Origin: a virus | Taxonomy: Duplodnaviria; Caudoviricetes | Virus record (IMG/VR): IMGVR_UViG_3300012920_000038 | Coordinates: 1-62,056 of that record | Direction: 5' to 3' (one strand) | DNA: 62,056 bases | In this document: positions 27,411 to 37,226 of the stretch, in pieces | Layout: every line of letters starts with the position of its first letter | How positions within the stretch are numbered: the first letter of the stretch is position 1 | Made by a program: the position numbers and the translations under genes | Notes under the pieces: model-generated | Seen by the model: the letters and a program-made list of their open reading frames with translations, nothing else | The model's database searches: none | What the model was told of the DNA's origin: nothing

Positions 27411-27983
27411 ATGAACAACGATATACCACAATCCATATTGAACAAGTCGAGAACCGACAAATTCATCATGGTGTTGTCTTTGCCCAAAGCTTTACGAGAA
27501 GTCAACACAAAGAACGATCGTCAAAACACCAACGTGATTCAAGACTCGTTACAATTCAGCATTTATGGAGTGGTGATACCACGTGTTGTCGTAACAGATG
27601 TTGAAGGTAGATACAGCGGACAAACATTTCATTTCACGAGTCACAAAAGACCAGCTTATGACAATGTCAAGGTGAAATTCACAATTGACAACAGATTCAA
27701 CAACTACTGGGTCATATACAAATGGATCAATCTGCTCAACAACAACCAGGAAGGCTTTTTCCATGCTGAAGACATTCCCATTGTGGATCAACCATACGAT
27801 TTATACTCGACAAACATAACAGTGTTTGGTCTAGATGAATATGATAACAGGACAATACAGTTTGATTTCGTGGGAGTCATACCTGTGTCGTTAGGAGAAA
27901 TCGATTACAATTACAGGGATGCAAACGAGATTGAAACAGATTTCGAGTTCTCTTTTTCTCAGTTAATAGCTAAATTGTTGTAA
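27411..27983 (+). CDS. gp3: Tail tube terminator / tail completion protein, gp3-like
   Basis: Tube-fold pattern (FSIYGVVIP, YDNVKVKFTIDNRFNNYWVIYKW, PVSLGEIDY); TATAAATA at 27395-27402. Confidence 0.7.
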   Translation: MNNDIPQSILNKSRTDKFIMVLSLPKALREVNTKNDRQNTNVIQDSLQFSIYGVVIPRVVVTDVEGRYSGQTFHFTSHKRPAYDNVKVKFTIDNRFNNYWVIYKWINLLNNNQEGFFHAEDIPIVDQPYDLYSTNITVFGLDEYDNRTIQFDFVGVIPVSLGEIDYNYRDANEIETDFEFSFSQLIAKLL

Positions 27984-28026
27984 AATGCAACTGAGATCAA
28001 ATAAATACTTTTAAGGATTTTAAATT

Positions 28027-30444
28027 ATGGCACGTACAATACAATCACCAGGTGTAGAGATTAACGAAATAGATCTTTCTTTGAGACCAGACCTTCCGGT
28101 CGGTACCAACATTTTAATACCAGGATTCAGTCCTGCAGGACCAGTAGACGAGGTGCTACAGGTAGCAAGTTTGTCTGAATTCGAACAAGTGTATGGGTTA
28201 CCGACCAACGCCACAGAAAGATATTTCTATCATACAGTTAGAGCAGCTTTCCAAAGCCCGGGTAACATTTATGTTACACGTTTACCGTACGGTGCAGATC
28301 GTGGTGACACAATAGCTTCAAAACACTATTCAGCAACTCTGTATCCTGTTGTGATCAGTAAGGTAAACAGTGACGGTTCATCCGGTGATAATGTACCATT
28401 AGACGGATTGTACGATTTGATGACCAACCCATTATCGGCTGATACAGATGTAGTAGTGAACATAAATGAACCGACATACGTTGAGCTCACGCAAGATGAG
28501 TATCAGAGTGTTATTGATGGTGATATCGAATGGGGTGCGACAAATGGCATAACCGGCGATACCGTTTTAAAGCAAATAGCTTCTGCGGGTGTTGTAATTT
28601 TGAACGATAGGTCATTGACAATAAATGAAAAATTCGAAGGTTACTACGTAGGGTTAGTTGATAACAATGAATTCTACCCGAACTCACCATATGAGAGTAT
28701 CGAGAGTGTTGGTACTATTAATAAAAATAGTAAAAATGCACCAGGAGATGCATATCGTACAGTCAGCCCAACACGACTTTCTTTTCCATTAAAATCAGCC
28801 AAAGACGGTGATTTAGCATATGTTGAAGGTTCCATTTCAGAAGTATTTGAAAACATGCCTCCGAACGACATATCAACAAGTGAATTTAAAGACATTTTAG
28901 TACTCGGTGTTTTCAAACTGAGAAAATCAACGCTTGACCCAGACACAGAGAAATTAAGCTACACTTTATCTGAATATCATATCGGTTCATTGAACGCAAA
29001 TCGTGAGCAGTTCGATCCGAATGGAGGAACACCTGTATCATACGCGCTTGCTGATGTCACGACAAATTCACCAAATTTCACATTGATGGTGAATAAACAT
29101 CTAGCAGATTCCGGTGACTGGATCAACAGAGACGCCACAACAAACACAGCAACATATGCAACCGGGATTGAAGACACTACACAATCAGGTGTGAAATCAA
29201 GAGTGCAGATGAAAGTATCAAATGAAGCAAAGAAACTTTATGCACATGGTGTATATAAACAAGTTTCGGAAGTCAAAAGCACAGTAGGTGCTATACCATC
29301 AAAACTGGATCGTGTGTTTGAATTAATAGACAATCACGAATTGTTTCCATTGGATATCACTTTAGAAGCTGGATTGGGTACGATTTTCGCAGCGACATAC
29401 GGTGGTAGATCAGAAGCAAATTACGATGATGAAAAATTTTACGACTTAAACAAAGGTGTTGGTCCTGATACACTGGCTAGCAATCCGGATTTTGATATAG
29501 CTAATTGGAATGCCCAAGATGGTCCAGCAGATTGTTGGGATTACACTGGAAATAATCCGGATGATTACGGAATCTACGGTACTGGTCAAAAGCAATTTTT
29601 AGGAGGCCCGGTCATGTGGTATCGTAATGTCGCGAACCGGTTTGTTGAATTTGCAGAGAAGAAACGCAAAGACCACATGTGCATACTTGACCCGCTCCGC
29701 CATATATTCGTACAGGGAATCAATGGAACTGTACTGAGTGACAAAAGCAAAAATTTTAGCCAGCACGTATACTGGCCTCTGAGACATATTTATCAAAGCA
29801 TCAACACGAGTTACGGTGCTGTATATGGTAATTGGGCCAAGACATTTGATGGTCAGTTAGGTCGTAATGTGTGGGTTCCGATGAGCGGGTACTTATCAGC
29901 AACATATGCCAACACTGATGCTAATTTCCAACCATGGTTCGCACCAGCTGGTTTCACACGAGGAGTGTTGAACGGTATTGCTGATATCGCAATATACCCG
30001 AAACAAAAACATCGTGACCAACTTTACAAAATCAATATCAATCCGATAGCAAATTTTCCGAATGATGGCTTCACAGTATTCGGCCAGAAAACATTACAGG
30101 CCAAGCCCAGCGCGTTTGATCGAGTCAATGTGCGTAGATTGTTCTTGTTTCTCGAGAAAGCCACTCGCGCAACAGCCAAATACTTCATTTTTGAACCCAA
30201 CACACTATTCACCAGAACGCAAGTCTCAAATGTACTTGCACCGATTTTCGATCGAGCCAAAAACACACAAGGTTTGTTCGATTACTTGTTGATCTGCGAC
30301 GAGAGAAACAACACACCTGATGTGATCGATCAGAACGAGATGGTGATTGATATATACATCAAGCCGGTACGAGCCGCAGAATTCATCTTGGTGAACTTCT
30401 ACGCAACAAGAACCGGTCAAGACTTCAGCGAGTTAGTGTCGTAA
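28027..30444 (+). CDS. gp18: Contractile tail sheath protein
   Basis: SPGVEINEIDLS, GPVDE, PWFAPAGFTRG, INPI, GQKTLQ, FDRVNVRRLF, FEPN, CDERNNT and IKPVRAAEFI. Confidence 0.97.
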   Translation: MARTIQSPGVEINEIDLSLRPDLPVGTNILIPGFSPAGPVDEVLQVASLSEFEQVYGLPTNATERYFYHTVRAAFQSPGNIYVTRLPYGADRGDTIASKHYSATLYPVVISKVNSDGSSGDNVPLDGLYDLMTNPLSADTDVVVNINEPTYVELTQDEYQSVIDGDIEWGATNGITGDTVLKQIASAGVVILNDRSLTINEKFEGYYVGLVDNNEFYPNSPYESIESVGTINKNSKNAPGDAYRTVSPTRLSFPLKSAKDGDLAYVEGSISEVFENMPPNDISTSEFKDILVLGVFKLRKSTLDPDTEKLSYTLSEYHIGSLNANREQFDPNGGTPVSYALADVTTNSPNFTLMVNKHLADSGDWINRDATTNTATYATGIEDTTQSGVKSRVQMKVSNEAKKLYAHGVYKQVSEVKSTVGAIPSKLDRVFELIDNHELFPLDITLEAGLGTIFAATYGGRSEANYDDEKFYDLNKGVGPDTLASNPDFDIANWNAQDGPADCWDYTGNNPDDYGIYGTGQKQFLGGPVMWYRNVANRFVEFAEKKRKDHMCILDPLRHIFVQGINGTVLSDKSKNFSQHVYWPLRHIYQSINTSYGAVYGNWAKTFDGQLGRNVWVPMSGYLSATYANTDANFQPWFAPAGFTRGVLNGIADIAIYPKQKHRDQLYKININPIANFPNDGFTVFGQKTLQAKPSAFDRVNVRRLFLFLEKATRATAKYFIFEPNTLFTRTQVSNVLAPIFDRAKNTQGLFDYLLICDERNNTPDVIDQNEMVIDIYIKPVRAAEFILVNFYATRTGQDFSELVS

Positions 30445-30462
30445 CCATAAATATTAATAACC

Positions 30463-31014
30463 ATGCCAGACGTAAATCAAACAATAACGGACTTTTACAG
30501 AGTATCACAAGAGAAAGACTTTCAACGCGATTTTCAGTTTCGTGTGTTGAACATCCAAGGAGGAGACGGCACGTCCGTTACATTTACTGAAGATGATCTG
30601 GTGTACATTCGCACCGCTACATTACCTGGAAAGAGCATTCAAAACAAAGTTGTACCTTACATGGGATTGCAATTCAACATTCCCGGTAGTGTACAATATG
30701 ATGGTTCAGCCAATTGGTCGGTACAGTTCTATTGTGATCAAGCAAGTGCCATCAGACAAACTTTTGAAAACTATTTAACAGATGTGTTTGACGACAGCAC
30801 CAGCACCGGAAATTATTTCATGCCACGAGCCAATGCTATCGTGGACATGGTGCAGCTGGACACGCAACTTGAAGCAGTTGCAACATATCAGCTAGTAGGA
30901 GTGTATGCCCAGTCAGTAGGAGCTTTGAACTACAGCCCAGCAGACGGTACAGGTGACACCATGAAGTTTGATGCCACGCTAGCATACCAATACTGGCGCC
31001 GAACCACACCATAA
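30463..31014 (+). CDS. gp19: Tail tube protein
   Basis: 183 aa directly after the sheath; ATLPG, VPYMGLQFNIPG, WSVQFYCD and FDATLAYQYW. Confidence 0.88.
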   Translation: MPDVNQTITDFYRVSQEKDFQRDFQFRVLNIQGGDGTSVTFTEDDLVYIRTATLPGKSIQNKVVPYMGLQFNIPGSVQYDGSANWSVQFYCDQASAIRQTFENYLTDVFDDSTSTGNYFMPRANAIVDMVQLDTQLEAVATYQLVGVYAQSVGALNYSPADGTGDTMKFDATLAYQYWRRTTP

Positions 31015-31040
31015 AGTAGCGTTCCCATATAAGTAGTTAT

Positions 31041-32006
31041 ATGGGGTTTTTAGACAAGCTCGACCGGGCGGCAGCCAAGGTCAACAATTTCGCTAGCAAA
31101 GTAACTGATACTCTCGGTTTCTTCGGTGCTGATGTTGTCGGTCTAGTAGAAGGCAGAATGTTTCCATATCGTGACCATTTTCATCAGATGCTCGATCAAT
31201 GGGACTTCGCGATTCCCAGCAGAAATCTATGGGTTGTGTATATCGAGCGCTTTCCAGTAGGTTTGTTTCATGAAACGAACAATCGCTCGCTTGTGAACAT
31301 ACTCGATTTGAACGGTGTGGGCTTGGATCCTAGTGACAAGAAATGGAAAATTTTGAAAAACGTTAAATCGTTGACACGTTATGAATATCAAGAGACACCT
31401 GGCGGGTGTGTGTTTGCTCAAGGTGTTGCCATACCAGGTGAAAATTTCAGTGTGTCACACGTGAAGCCAAACAACAATCGTGGGTTGATTCCAGGTCGTG
31501 TGGCTGGTGAGCGAAGCACACCGCAAGAGTTGATACTCGATTTCCGGGAGACTAACACGTCTTTTGTGGACAACATAGTGAGACCCTGGATTATCATGGG
31601 GAGCCATTATGGGTTCGTTGCACGTGACCCAAGTGATATAAAAAATGTTCAAACAAATGTCCACGTGTATCAACTGGGTAAAACAATGTCTGACATTCCG
31701 AATGTGCATCGTAAACACTGGACATATTACAATTGCGTGCCCACCAGAATCAATCAAGCACAGCTCACGTATGATTATGACACGGTGAACACAATAAACC
31801 AAACCATATGGTCATACACACATCATTCTGTTGAGCAATTGCCCGGGCTGCCCATGTCATTGGTGATGGATCAGATCATGGGTGGTGGTGTGATGAACAT
31901 CATAGACAAAAACACTGACAATAAATTTTCAAAAACTATACGTAAATTCACAAAACCTATTGACTCGGTCAAAAACGCTGGCAAGGTTTTGAAAAATCTA
32001 TTTTGA
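31041..32006 (+). CDS. Baseplate tail-tube initiator-like protein (gp54-like, tube fold)
   Basis: FAQGVAIPGE, LILDFRET, WTYYNCVPTRI...LTYD tube-fold pattern; TATAAGTA upstream. Confidence 0.55.
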   Translation: MGFLDKLDRAAAKVNNFASKVTDTLGFFGADVVGLVEGRMFPYRDHFHQMLDQWDFAIPSRNLWVVYIERFPVGLFHETNNRSLVNILDLNGVGLDPSDKKWKILKNVKSLTRYEYQETPGGCVFAQGVAIPGENFSVSHVKPNNNRGLIPGRVAGERSTPQELILDFRETNTSFVDNIVRPWIIMGSHYGFVARDPSDIKNVQTNVHVYQLGKTMSDIPNVHRKHWTYYNCVPTRINQAQLTYDYDTVNTINQTIWSYTHHSVEQLPGLPMSLVMDQIMGGGVMNIIDKNTDNKFSKTIRKFTKPIDSVKNAGKVLKNLF

Positions 32007-32021
32007 TAGATAAGTGTTTAA

Positions 32022-32930
32022 GTGATAAACGGGTTTAGTTACAACGTGTACATTCCTAGTCTGCGTAGATCTGTCAGATATTCAGAGCTGAACAGCATGA
32101 CATACATGGTCATATTGAAATACATACAAAATGACGATGATGATGGACTGGAACACATGCTTGAACATTTGATCGAGCAGCTATGTGTTGAAGAGATCAA
32201 CATGAAAAAACTGACAAGACTTGACAAATATTGTATTGTGATGACCATCATCATGGTTTGTGTAGGTAACACGTTGCAATACAACATTTTATGTCCAGAG
32301 ACTGACAAAGAGTATATGATAGACATCGTGCTTGGTAACATCATCTCACAGATCAACGAGATTGATGTGACCGACATGCGTGTAGATCTTGACGAACACA
32401 ACTATATAACCATGACCACTCCTGGTTCCATCAGAGGATCCATAACGAACACGCTGTCTCAAGTGTGTATCAACGGTAAAACGTACGACGTGACCGGACT
32501 GACCGGCGATCAACTCAATGGATTGTTCGACAAGTTGCCGTACAACATATTCAGCGAGCTGCAACAAACATACAAAAACATAAACAAACAGTGTGACGAC
32601 ATAGTGTACATGCAGTACAAATCACCATACGTGAAGGATTCTCGTGAGGTGAAGTATCGATTCAACTTGTACAATGATGAGTTTTTCAAGTTCATCAAAC
32701 TGTTGTTGCGTGAGGATTTGCTCAACTATTACAAGATGTACTACTCGTTGACCACCAAATTCAAGTTCGACATGACGTACATACAATCGATCACCCCGAC
32801 CGAGATCAAGATGTACCTGGGCATGGTGCGTGACGATATCAAGAAAAAACAAGAACAACTCGAGCAAGCCTCAGGCAAACAAAAACAGAATCTGCCTGTC
32901 AGTGCACCTCGCAACGACATGGACAGTTGA
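32022..32930 (+). CDS. Baseplate hub assembly protein (gp26-like N-terminus, gp51-like C-terminus)
   Basis: VYIPSLRRSVRY at the start; C-terminal NYYKMYYSL...YIQSITPTEIKMYL resembles gp51. Confidence 0.55.
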   Translation: MINGFSYNVYIPSLRRSVRYSELNSMTYMVILKYIQNDDDDGLEHMLEHLIEQLCVEEINMKKLTRLDKYCIVMTIIMVCVGNTLQYNILCPETDKEYMIDIVLGNIISQINEIDVTDMRVDLDEHNYITMTTPGSIRGSITNTLSQVCINGKTYDVTGLTGDQLNGLFDKLPYNIFSELQQTYKNINKQCDDIVYMQYKSPYVKDSREVKYRFNLYNDEFFKFIKLLLREDLLNYYKMYYSLTTKFKFDMTYIQSITPTEIKMYLGMVRDDIKKKQEQLEQASGKQKQNLPVSAPRNDMDS

Positions 32931-32957
32931 TTATCACGTGTTTGACACTATATAAAT

Positions 32958-33725
32958 ATGATGACACACACCGAAATTAGCTACGACGATCTGCTCAAGG
33001 AGTTACAAGAATATAACAACAATTCCTACATCATGATACACGTGCCATCCGTTGGACAAGCTGTCAAATTCAAACCGTTGAGTGTCAAACAACAGACCAG
33101 CATAATCACTGGCGTGTTGACATCTGATCAATCCAACAACATCTATTCGTATCAAAACGTGATCGATCGCTTGATACAAGAGAACTGTGATCCGGACGTT
33201 GTTGATCAGCTGATGATATTTGACCGTGCTTGCATCTTGATACAGCTACGATTGCACACCATAGGAGACACTATCACGGTTGGCGATCAAACATACGACT
33301 TGCAACAACACGTGGACACTTTTGCTGAACATCAATTGACTGAACAAATTTTACAGGGTGACATGTCTTACGAAGGCATCGAGGTGACATGTCAAGCACC
33401 CACGTTGAGAGTGGATCATCGAATCAACGAGATGGTGCCAGAGATATTCTCCAACACTGCAGACAAAGATTCTGTAGGAAACATATTTCTTGTGGAGCTG
33501 GCCAAGTTCATAACACACGTGAACTTCTCTGGTAACAATATTGACTTTTCCGATTTGACCCTCAAACAGCGCGTGCAAATATGCGAGATGTTGCCCATGA
33601 CATTGAGTCAACAGGTGGTGCAATACATCGAGTCTGTACGTGAATTCGAACAACCGTACGTGAACATCGACACACAAGATGGCACAATAGAGATTCCTGT
33701 AGACTCACAGCTATTCAACAGATGA
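32958..33725 (+). CDS. Baseplate hub subunit, gp26-like
   Basis: IHVPSVGQAVKFKPLSVKQQ and FDRACILIQLR match the gp26 pattern; the start may be 32961. Confidence 0.65.
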   Translation: MMTHTEISYDDLLKELQEYNNNSYIMIHVPSVGQAVKFKPLSVKQQTSIITGVLTSDQSNNIYSYQNVIDRLIQENCDPDVVDQLMIFDRACILIQLRLHTIGDTITVGDQTYDLQQHVDTFAEHQLTEQILQGDMSYEGIEVTCQAPTLRVDHRINEMVPEIFSNTADKDSVGNIFLVELAKFITHVNFSGNNIDFSDLTLKQRVQICEMLPMTLSQQVVQYIESVREFEQPYVNIDTQDGTIEIPVDSQLFNR

Positions 33726-33727
33726 AT

Positions 33728-33752
33728 AAGTACTTGTAGGAAGTACTTGTAG
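33728..33752 (+). repeat. 12-bp tandem direct repeat aagtacttgtag at a promoter/start junction
   Basis: Copies at 33728-33739 and 33741-33752. Confidence 0.85.
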
Positions 33753-35182
33753 TGGATTCACAAACATTCAATCAGTTGCTTGATCGTTTGATCATGTATA
33801 TAGACACGTTGGACGCGGAACCGACTGATGCTAAACTGGTGGTTGATTCAGTCACACAATCTCTGATGAACGTGATACCACAACCAGAGCAGATAGATTA
33901 TCCAAGCATCTCACCAGAACAACCAACACAAGGTGCTGGACATGATCTGAAATACTTCAGAGGAGAACTCAAGGTGCCCACGATCGATCGAGAGCATGAT
34001 GTGGAGGTGCCCATGAGCACCACGCCAAACATACCACTCCCCATGTTCGCGTTACCGTTGTTGATACCGGCGGGTGCGGGGATGGTGAGGCCCCCAGTAC
34101 GGATCAAGAATCGGCGACCCAAGAGACCACGCCCGGGCACCCGACGGAACCAGAACCGGCGCACCAGGCGACCGGCGGCTCGCGCTCGACGCAAAGCGTC
34201 TCGAGCTCGCCGGCGACAAACACTGAGAGACAAGAGACGTAAAGCGAGAGTTGAAAAAGAGCAGACCCGCAAGAACGCTAAAAAGATCAATAGAAAAACA
34301 GAACGTGCTCAAAAACAACAGCAAAGAAAGAAACTCCAGGAATCTAACAAACCACCTAAACCAGAGCCAGACGGTCTACCAGACAAACTCAAACAGCAGC
34401 TTGTCGAAAAAAATCCGAAACGATTCAAGCTTGACGACTATGGTAATCTACGTGAGATAAACCCGGATGGCACCAGCAGACGCCCTGATGAAAAAGATCT
34501 AGTCAAGATACTAGACGAACTGGATTACCCTAATTTTCCCAAGGGTCTGAAAGCGCTGATCAGAGCCTGTGCAATTGCCGGAATCGCATTCACAATTTAT
34601 GACATGTACCGGTTGTATGATATTTATAATAATGATGAGTTGACCAAAGATCAAAAGATCACTCGCTCTGGACCGATAATTGGAGCACTGCTAGGTGCAA
34701 CTGGTGGTGCAGTGGTCGGTGGTGTGGTTGGTAGTTTCATAGGTCCATGGGGAACATTTTTAGGAGCTTTAGTCGGTGGCATTGGTGGTTCTCTAGCCGG
34801 GGATGAGTTAGGAGCACTAGTAGCTGAATACATTGTCGGTAATGAACCTCCAAAACATCCCTCCGGTAAGGATTGGGATGAACTAACACCCATGGAACTC
34901 GAGTCATGGTGGACATATCAAGCCAACAAACAACAGGAAACATTCATAGACTCGACATCAACACAACAGATGGATCCACAACCATTTCCAGATCTCAATC
35001 CACCGGAGCCACAATTCGAGTTGCTACCCATACCAGATGACACAAACGATGTTGATGTGCCGCAAACAGACTCCACAAACACACAACAACTTGACGATCT
35101 GATCTCTGTACACATACAACAGAGAAAACAACATGGACAAGAAAGACAGCAACTGATCGAGAAGATACAACAGCTAGCATGA
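33752..35182 (+). CDS. Tape-measure-like tail protein A (Arg-rich insert, glycine-zipper hydrophobic segment)
   Basis: Lies at the gp29 position, between hub chaperones and the gp48/gp53-like genes; GALLGATGGAVVGGVVGSFIGPWGTFLGALVGG. Confidence 0.55.
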   Translation: MDSQTFNQLLDRLIMYIDTLDAEPTDAKLVVDSVTQSLMNVIPQPEQIDYPSISPEQPTQGAGHDLKYFRGELKVPTIDREHDVEVPMSTTPNIPLPMFALPLLIPAGAGMVRPPVRIKNRRPKRPRPGTRRNQNRRTRRPAARARRKASRARRRQTLRDKRRKARVEKEQTRKNAKKINRKTERAQKQQQRKKLQESNKPPKPEPDGLPDKLKQQLVEKNPKRFKLDDYGNLREINPDGTSRRPDEKDLVKILDELDYPNFPKGLKALIRACAIAGIAFTIYDMYRLYDIYNNDELTKDQKITRSGPIIGALLGATGGAVVGGVVGSFIGPWGTFLGALVGGIGGSLAGDELGALVAEYIVGNEPPKHPSGKDWDELTPMELESWWTYQANKQQETFIDSTSTQQMDPQPFPDLNPPEPQFELLPIPDDTNDVDVPQTDSTNTQQLDDLISVHIQQRKQHGQERQQLIEKIQQLA

Positions 35183-37215
35183 ACCAACAAAAATTCATAA
35201 ACCTTCTCGGATCATTACAAAGACACATCGACAATCGATTGTCTAAACGTGATGTGCAAAACGATCAGCTGGCTGATCAATTGTCGAACAGAGTGGTTTC
35301 TGCTGTCAAATCAACAACCGAATTAGCAGAGGACAAAATAAGCAGAATCAATGTTGTACCAGACAAACCACGTGATGTGTACATGATAAAACCTGGTCAC
35401 TTGAACTCGATAAACATTCAGTTCCCAGAAAAGAAACCATTTGTCATACCTCTGGATATTAAATCTGCAACTCCAACTGGTGGCTTTGGATTGCCTCTGC
35501 TTGCTGGTTTACCATTTTTACCTGGAGGTTCACTACCTCCGTCAGGACCAAGTCAGGTACAACAGCCGCTGATACGACCTCCTGCTCCATCACCTAGACC
35601 TACACCTAATCAGAGACAAACTAGACCGATAGCAGTTGATACTAAAAAACCTACCGTACAAGACGAAAAACAAAAGACAAAACCTATACAACAAAAACAA
35701 GAAAAACCTCAAAGACGCACAATACTACCAGAACCAAAGAAGTTACCGGTTGAGAAACCAAAGGAGACACCAAAGAAGGTACCAGTGGAAGAACCAGAAA
35801 AGGTACCAAAGAAGGTGCCAGTGGAAGAACCAAAGAAGGTACCAGTAGAAGAACCAAAGAAGGTACCAGTAGAAGAACCAGAAAAGGTACCAAAGAAGGT
35901 GCCAGTAGAAGAACCAAAGAAGACACCTAAGAAAACACCGGTTGTGGACCCGAAGAAAAAACCCGGACCAAAAGCTGATCCTCCCAAACCAATTGAAATT
36001 AAAAAATTTCCGGGTGGACCAAAAATAATCGAGGTCAAGCCAAGCGATGCACCTGATATAACAGGGCCTAGAGTGACACCAAAAAAACCATCTGCTGTAC
36101 CCGATCTTGAGGATTTTATACGTGATACACCATCTAGGACACCATCTCCATGGGATGCGCGTTCATCACCGGAGATGAGCTCGTTCATGAGAAGAATTTC
36201 TGATCAGAGTGTTTCAACGCATAGCCGTTTATCAAAGCCTGGTGCACCAAAAAAGCTGAAGCCATTGAAACTGTCACAACCTCCAAAGATGGTGATGTTC
36301 AACGCAGTCACTGGCGCTGGTGTTGAACTGTATTTTTTCACGCTGAGCTGGTTAGTCACCACAATTGAACATAAACAAATACATGATGAGCAAAAGAAAC
36401 AGATACGATTGTCACATGAATATCAAATATATTTTCTTGAGACATTATCGAACAAACCCATCATGCTGAGTCAAATTGATCGACGAGTAGCTAAATTGAC
36501 CGGGGCAAACAAACCTGGTGCGATCAAACAGCCTACTGAGCAAATGTACTCATCAGCAAGAGAACAAGTTATTGCCAGTGAACACCGCGCGCGTTTTGAT
36601 GAATACTATGATAAAATTTTTATGCCGGTTGCTGGTAAAAATTACATGTTGGAGCTCATGACAGACCCATTTCGTAATTTTCAGCAAAATGCAGCTCTCG
36701 AAACACTGATCGACCAGCACCCAGACACATGGTATCAGGTACATGAATATTGGGTGCCACCTGAAGCATTACCCGGTGTCGAAAAACCTTGGACACCAGA
36801 TAAAAAACCGATCAACACGATTGATGATGCAGAGTTTTATTTTCAACAACAAGTGATACCCATGCTCAAACAGCTAGGAGATAGAGATTTCATAACAGAT
36901 ACAGAACAAGCAGTCAAAGACAGAAGAGCTCGTCGAATCAAATCCGGGTTGCGAGTAGATGTTGAAGCTGCTGGTGAGGTGCTGGTACCTGGAAAAGACA
37001 ACAAAGATCTACCGACAATACGAGAGTACAATCGAAACAAAGGCATGTCAAATTTACAGGCAGCAACACATCAATCGATACTGGATCAAATAGACATGAT
37101 CGCTGCCACGTCATCTTCAGATGAAACTAACACACAATACAACAAAATAAAACCACCAAAATCCACGTTTGACAGTTATGATCAATATGACATGCCAAAT
37201 GTGGATGTGGCTTAA
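35179..37215 (+). CDS. Tape-measure-like tail protein B (P/E/V/K repeat insert)
   Basis: N-terminus resembles protein A; PKKVPVEE repeats. Confidence 0.5.
   Translation: MNQQKFINLLGSLQRHIDNRLSKRDVQNDQLADQLSNRVVSAVKSTTELAEDKISRINVVPDKPRDVYMIKPGHLNSINIQFPEKKPFVIPLDIKSATPTGGFGLPLLAGLPFLPGGSLPPSGPSQVQQPLIRPPAPSPRPTPNQRQTRPIAVDTKKPTVQDEKQKTKPIQQKQEKPQRRTILPEPKKLPVEKPKETPKKVPVEEPEKVPKKVPVEEPKKVPVEEPKKVPVEEPEKVPKKVPVEEPKKTPKKTPVVDPKKKPGPKADPPKPIEIKKFPGGPKIIEVKPSDAPDITGPRVTPKKPSAVPDLEDFIRDTPSRTPSPWDARSSPEMSSFMRRISDQSVSTHSRLSKPGAPKKLKPLKLSQPPKMVMFNAVTGAGVELYFFTLSWLVTTIEHKQIHDEQKKQIRLSHEYQIYFLETLSNKPIMLSQIDRRVAKLTGANKPGAIKQPTEQMYSSAREQVIASEHRARFDEYYDKIFMPVAGKNYMLELMTDPFRNFQQNAALETLIDQHPDTWYQVHEYWVPPEALPGVEKPWTPDKKPINTIDDAEFYFQQQVIPMLKQLGDRDFITDTEQAVKDRRARRIKSGLRVDVEAAGEVLVPGKDNKDLPTIREYNRNKGMSNLQAATHQSILDQIDMIAATSSSDETNTQYNKIKPPKSTFDSYDQYDMPNVDVA
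35770..35913 (+). repeat. Coding tandem repeat: 5 x 24 bp (PKKVPVEE) with 2 x 12 bp (PEKV)
   Basis: Unit ccaaagaaggt(a/g)ccagt(a/g)gaagaa read directly from the sequence. Confidence 0.95.
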
Positions 37216-37226
37216 ATAATTATAAT

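Noticed and set aside
35770-35913. Possible CRISPR array
   Set aside because: The units are contiguous, in-frame coding repeats with no unique spacers, and no cas genes are present.
35709-36188. Minus-strand ORFs with FG-like (GSSTGTFF) or hydrophobic repeats
   Set aside because: These are antisense translations of the PKKVPVEE repeat, with no promoter or start context.
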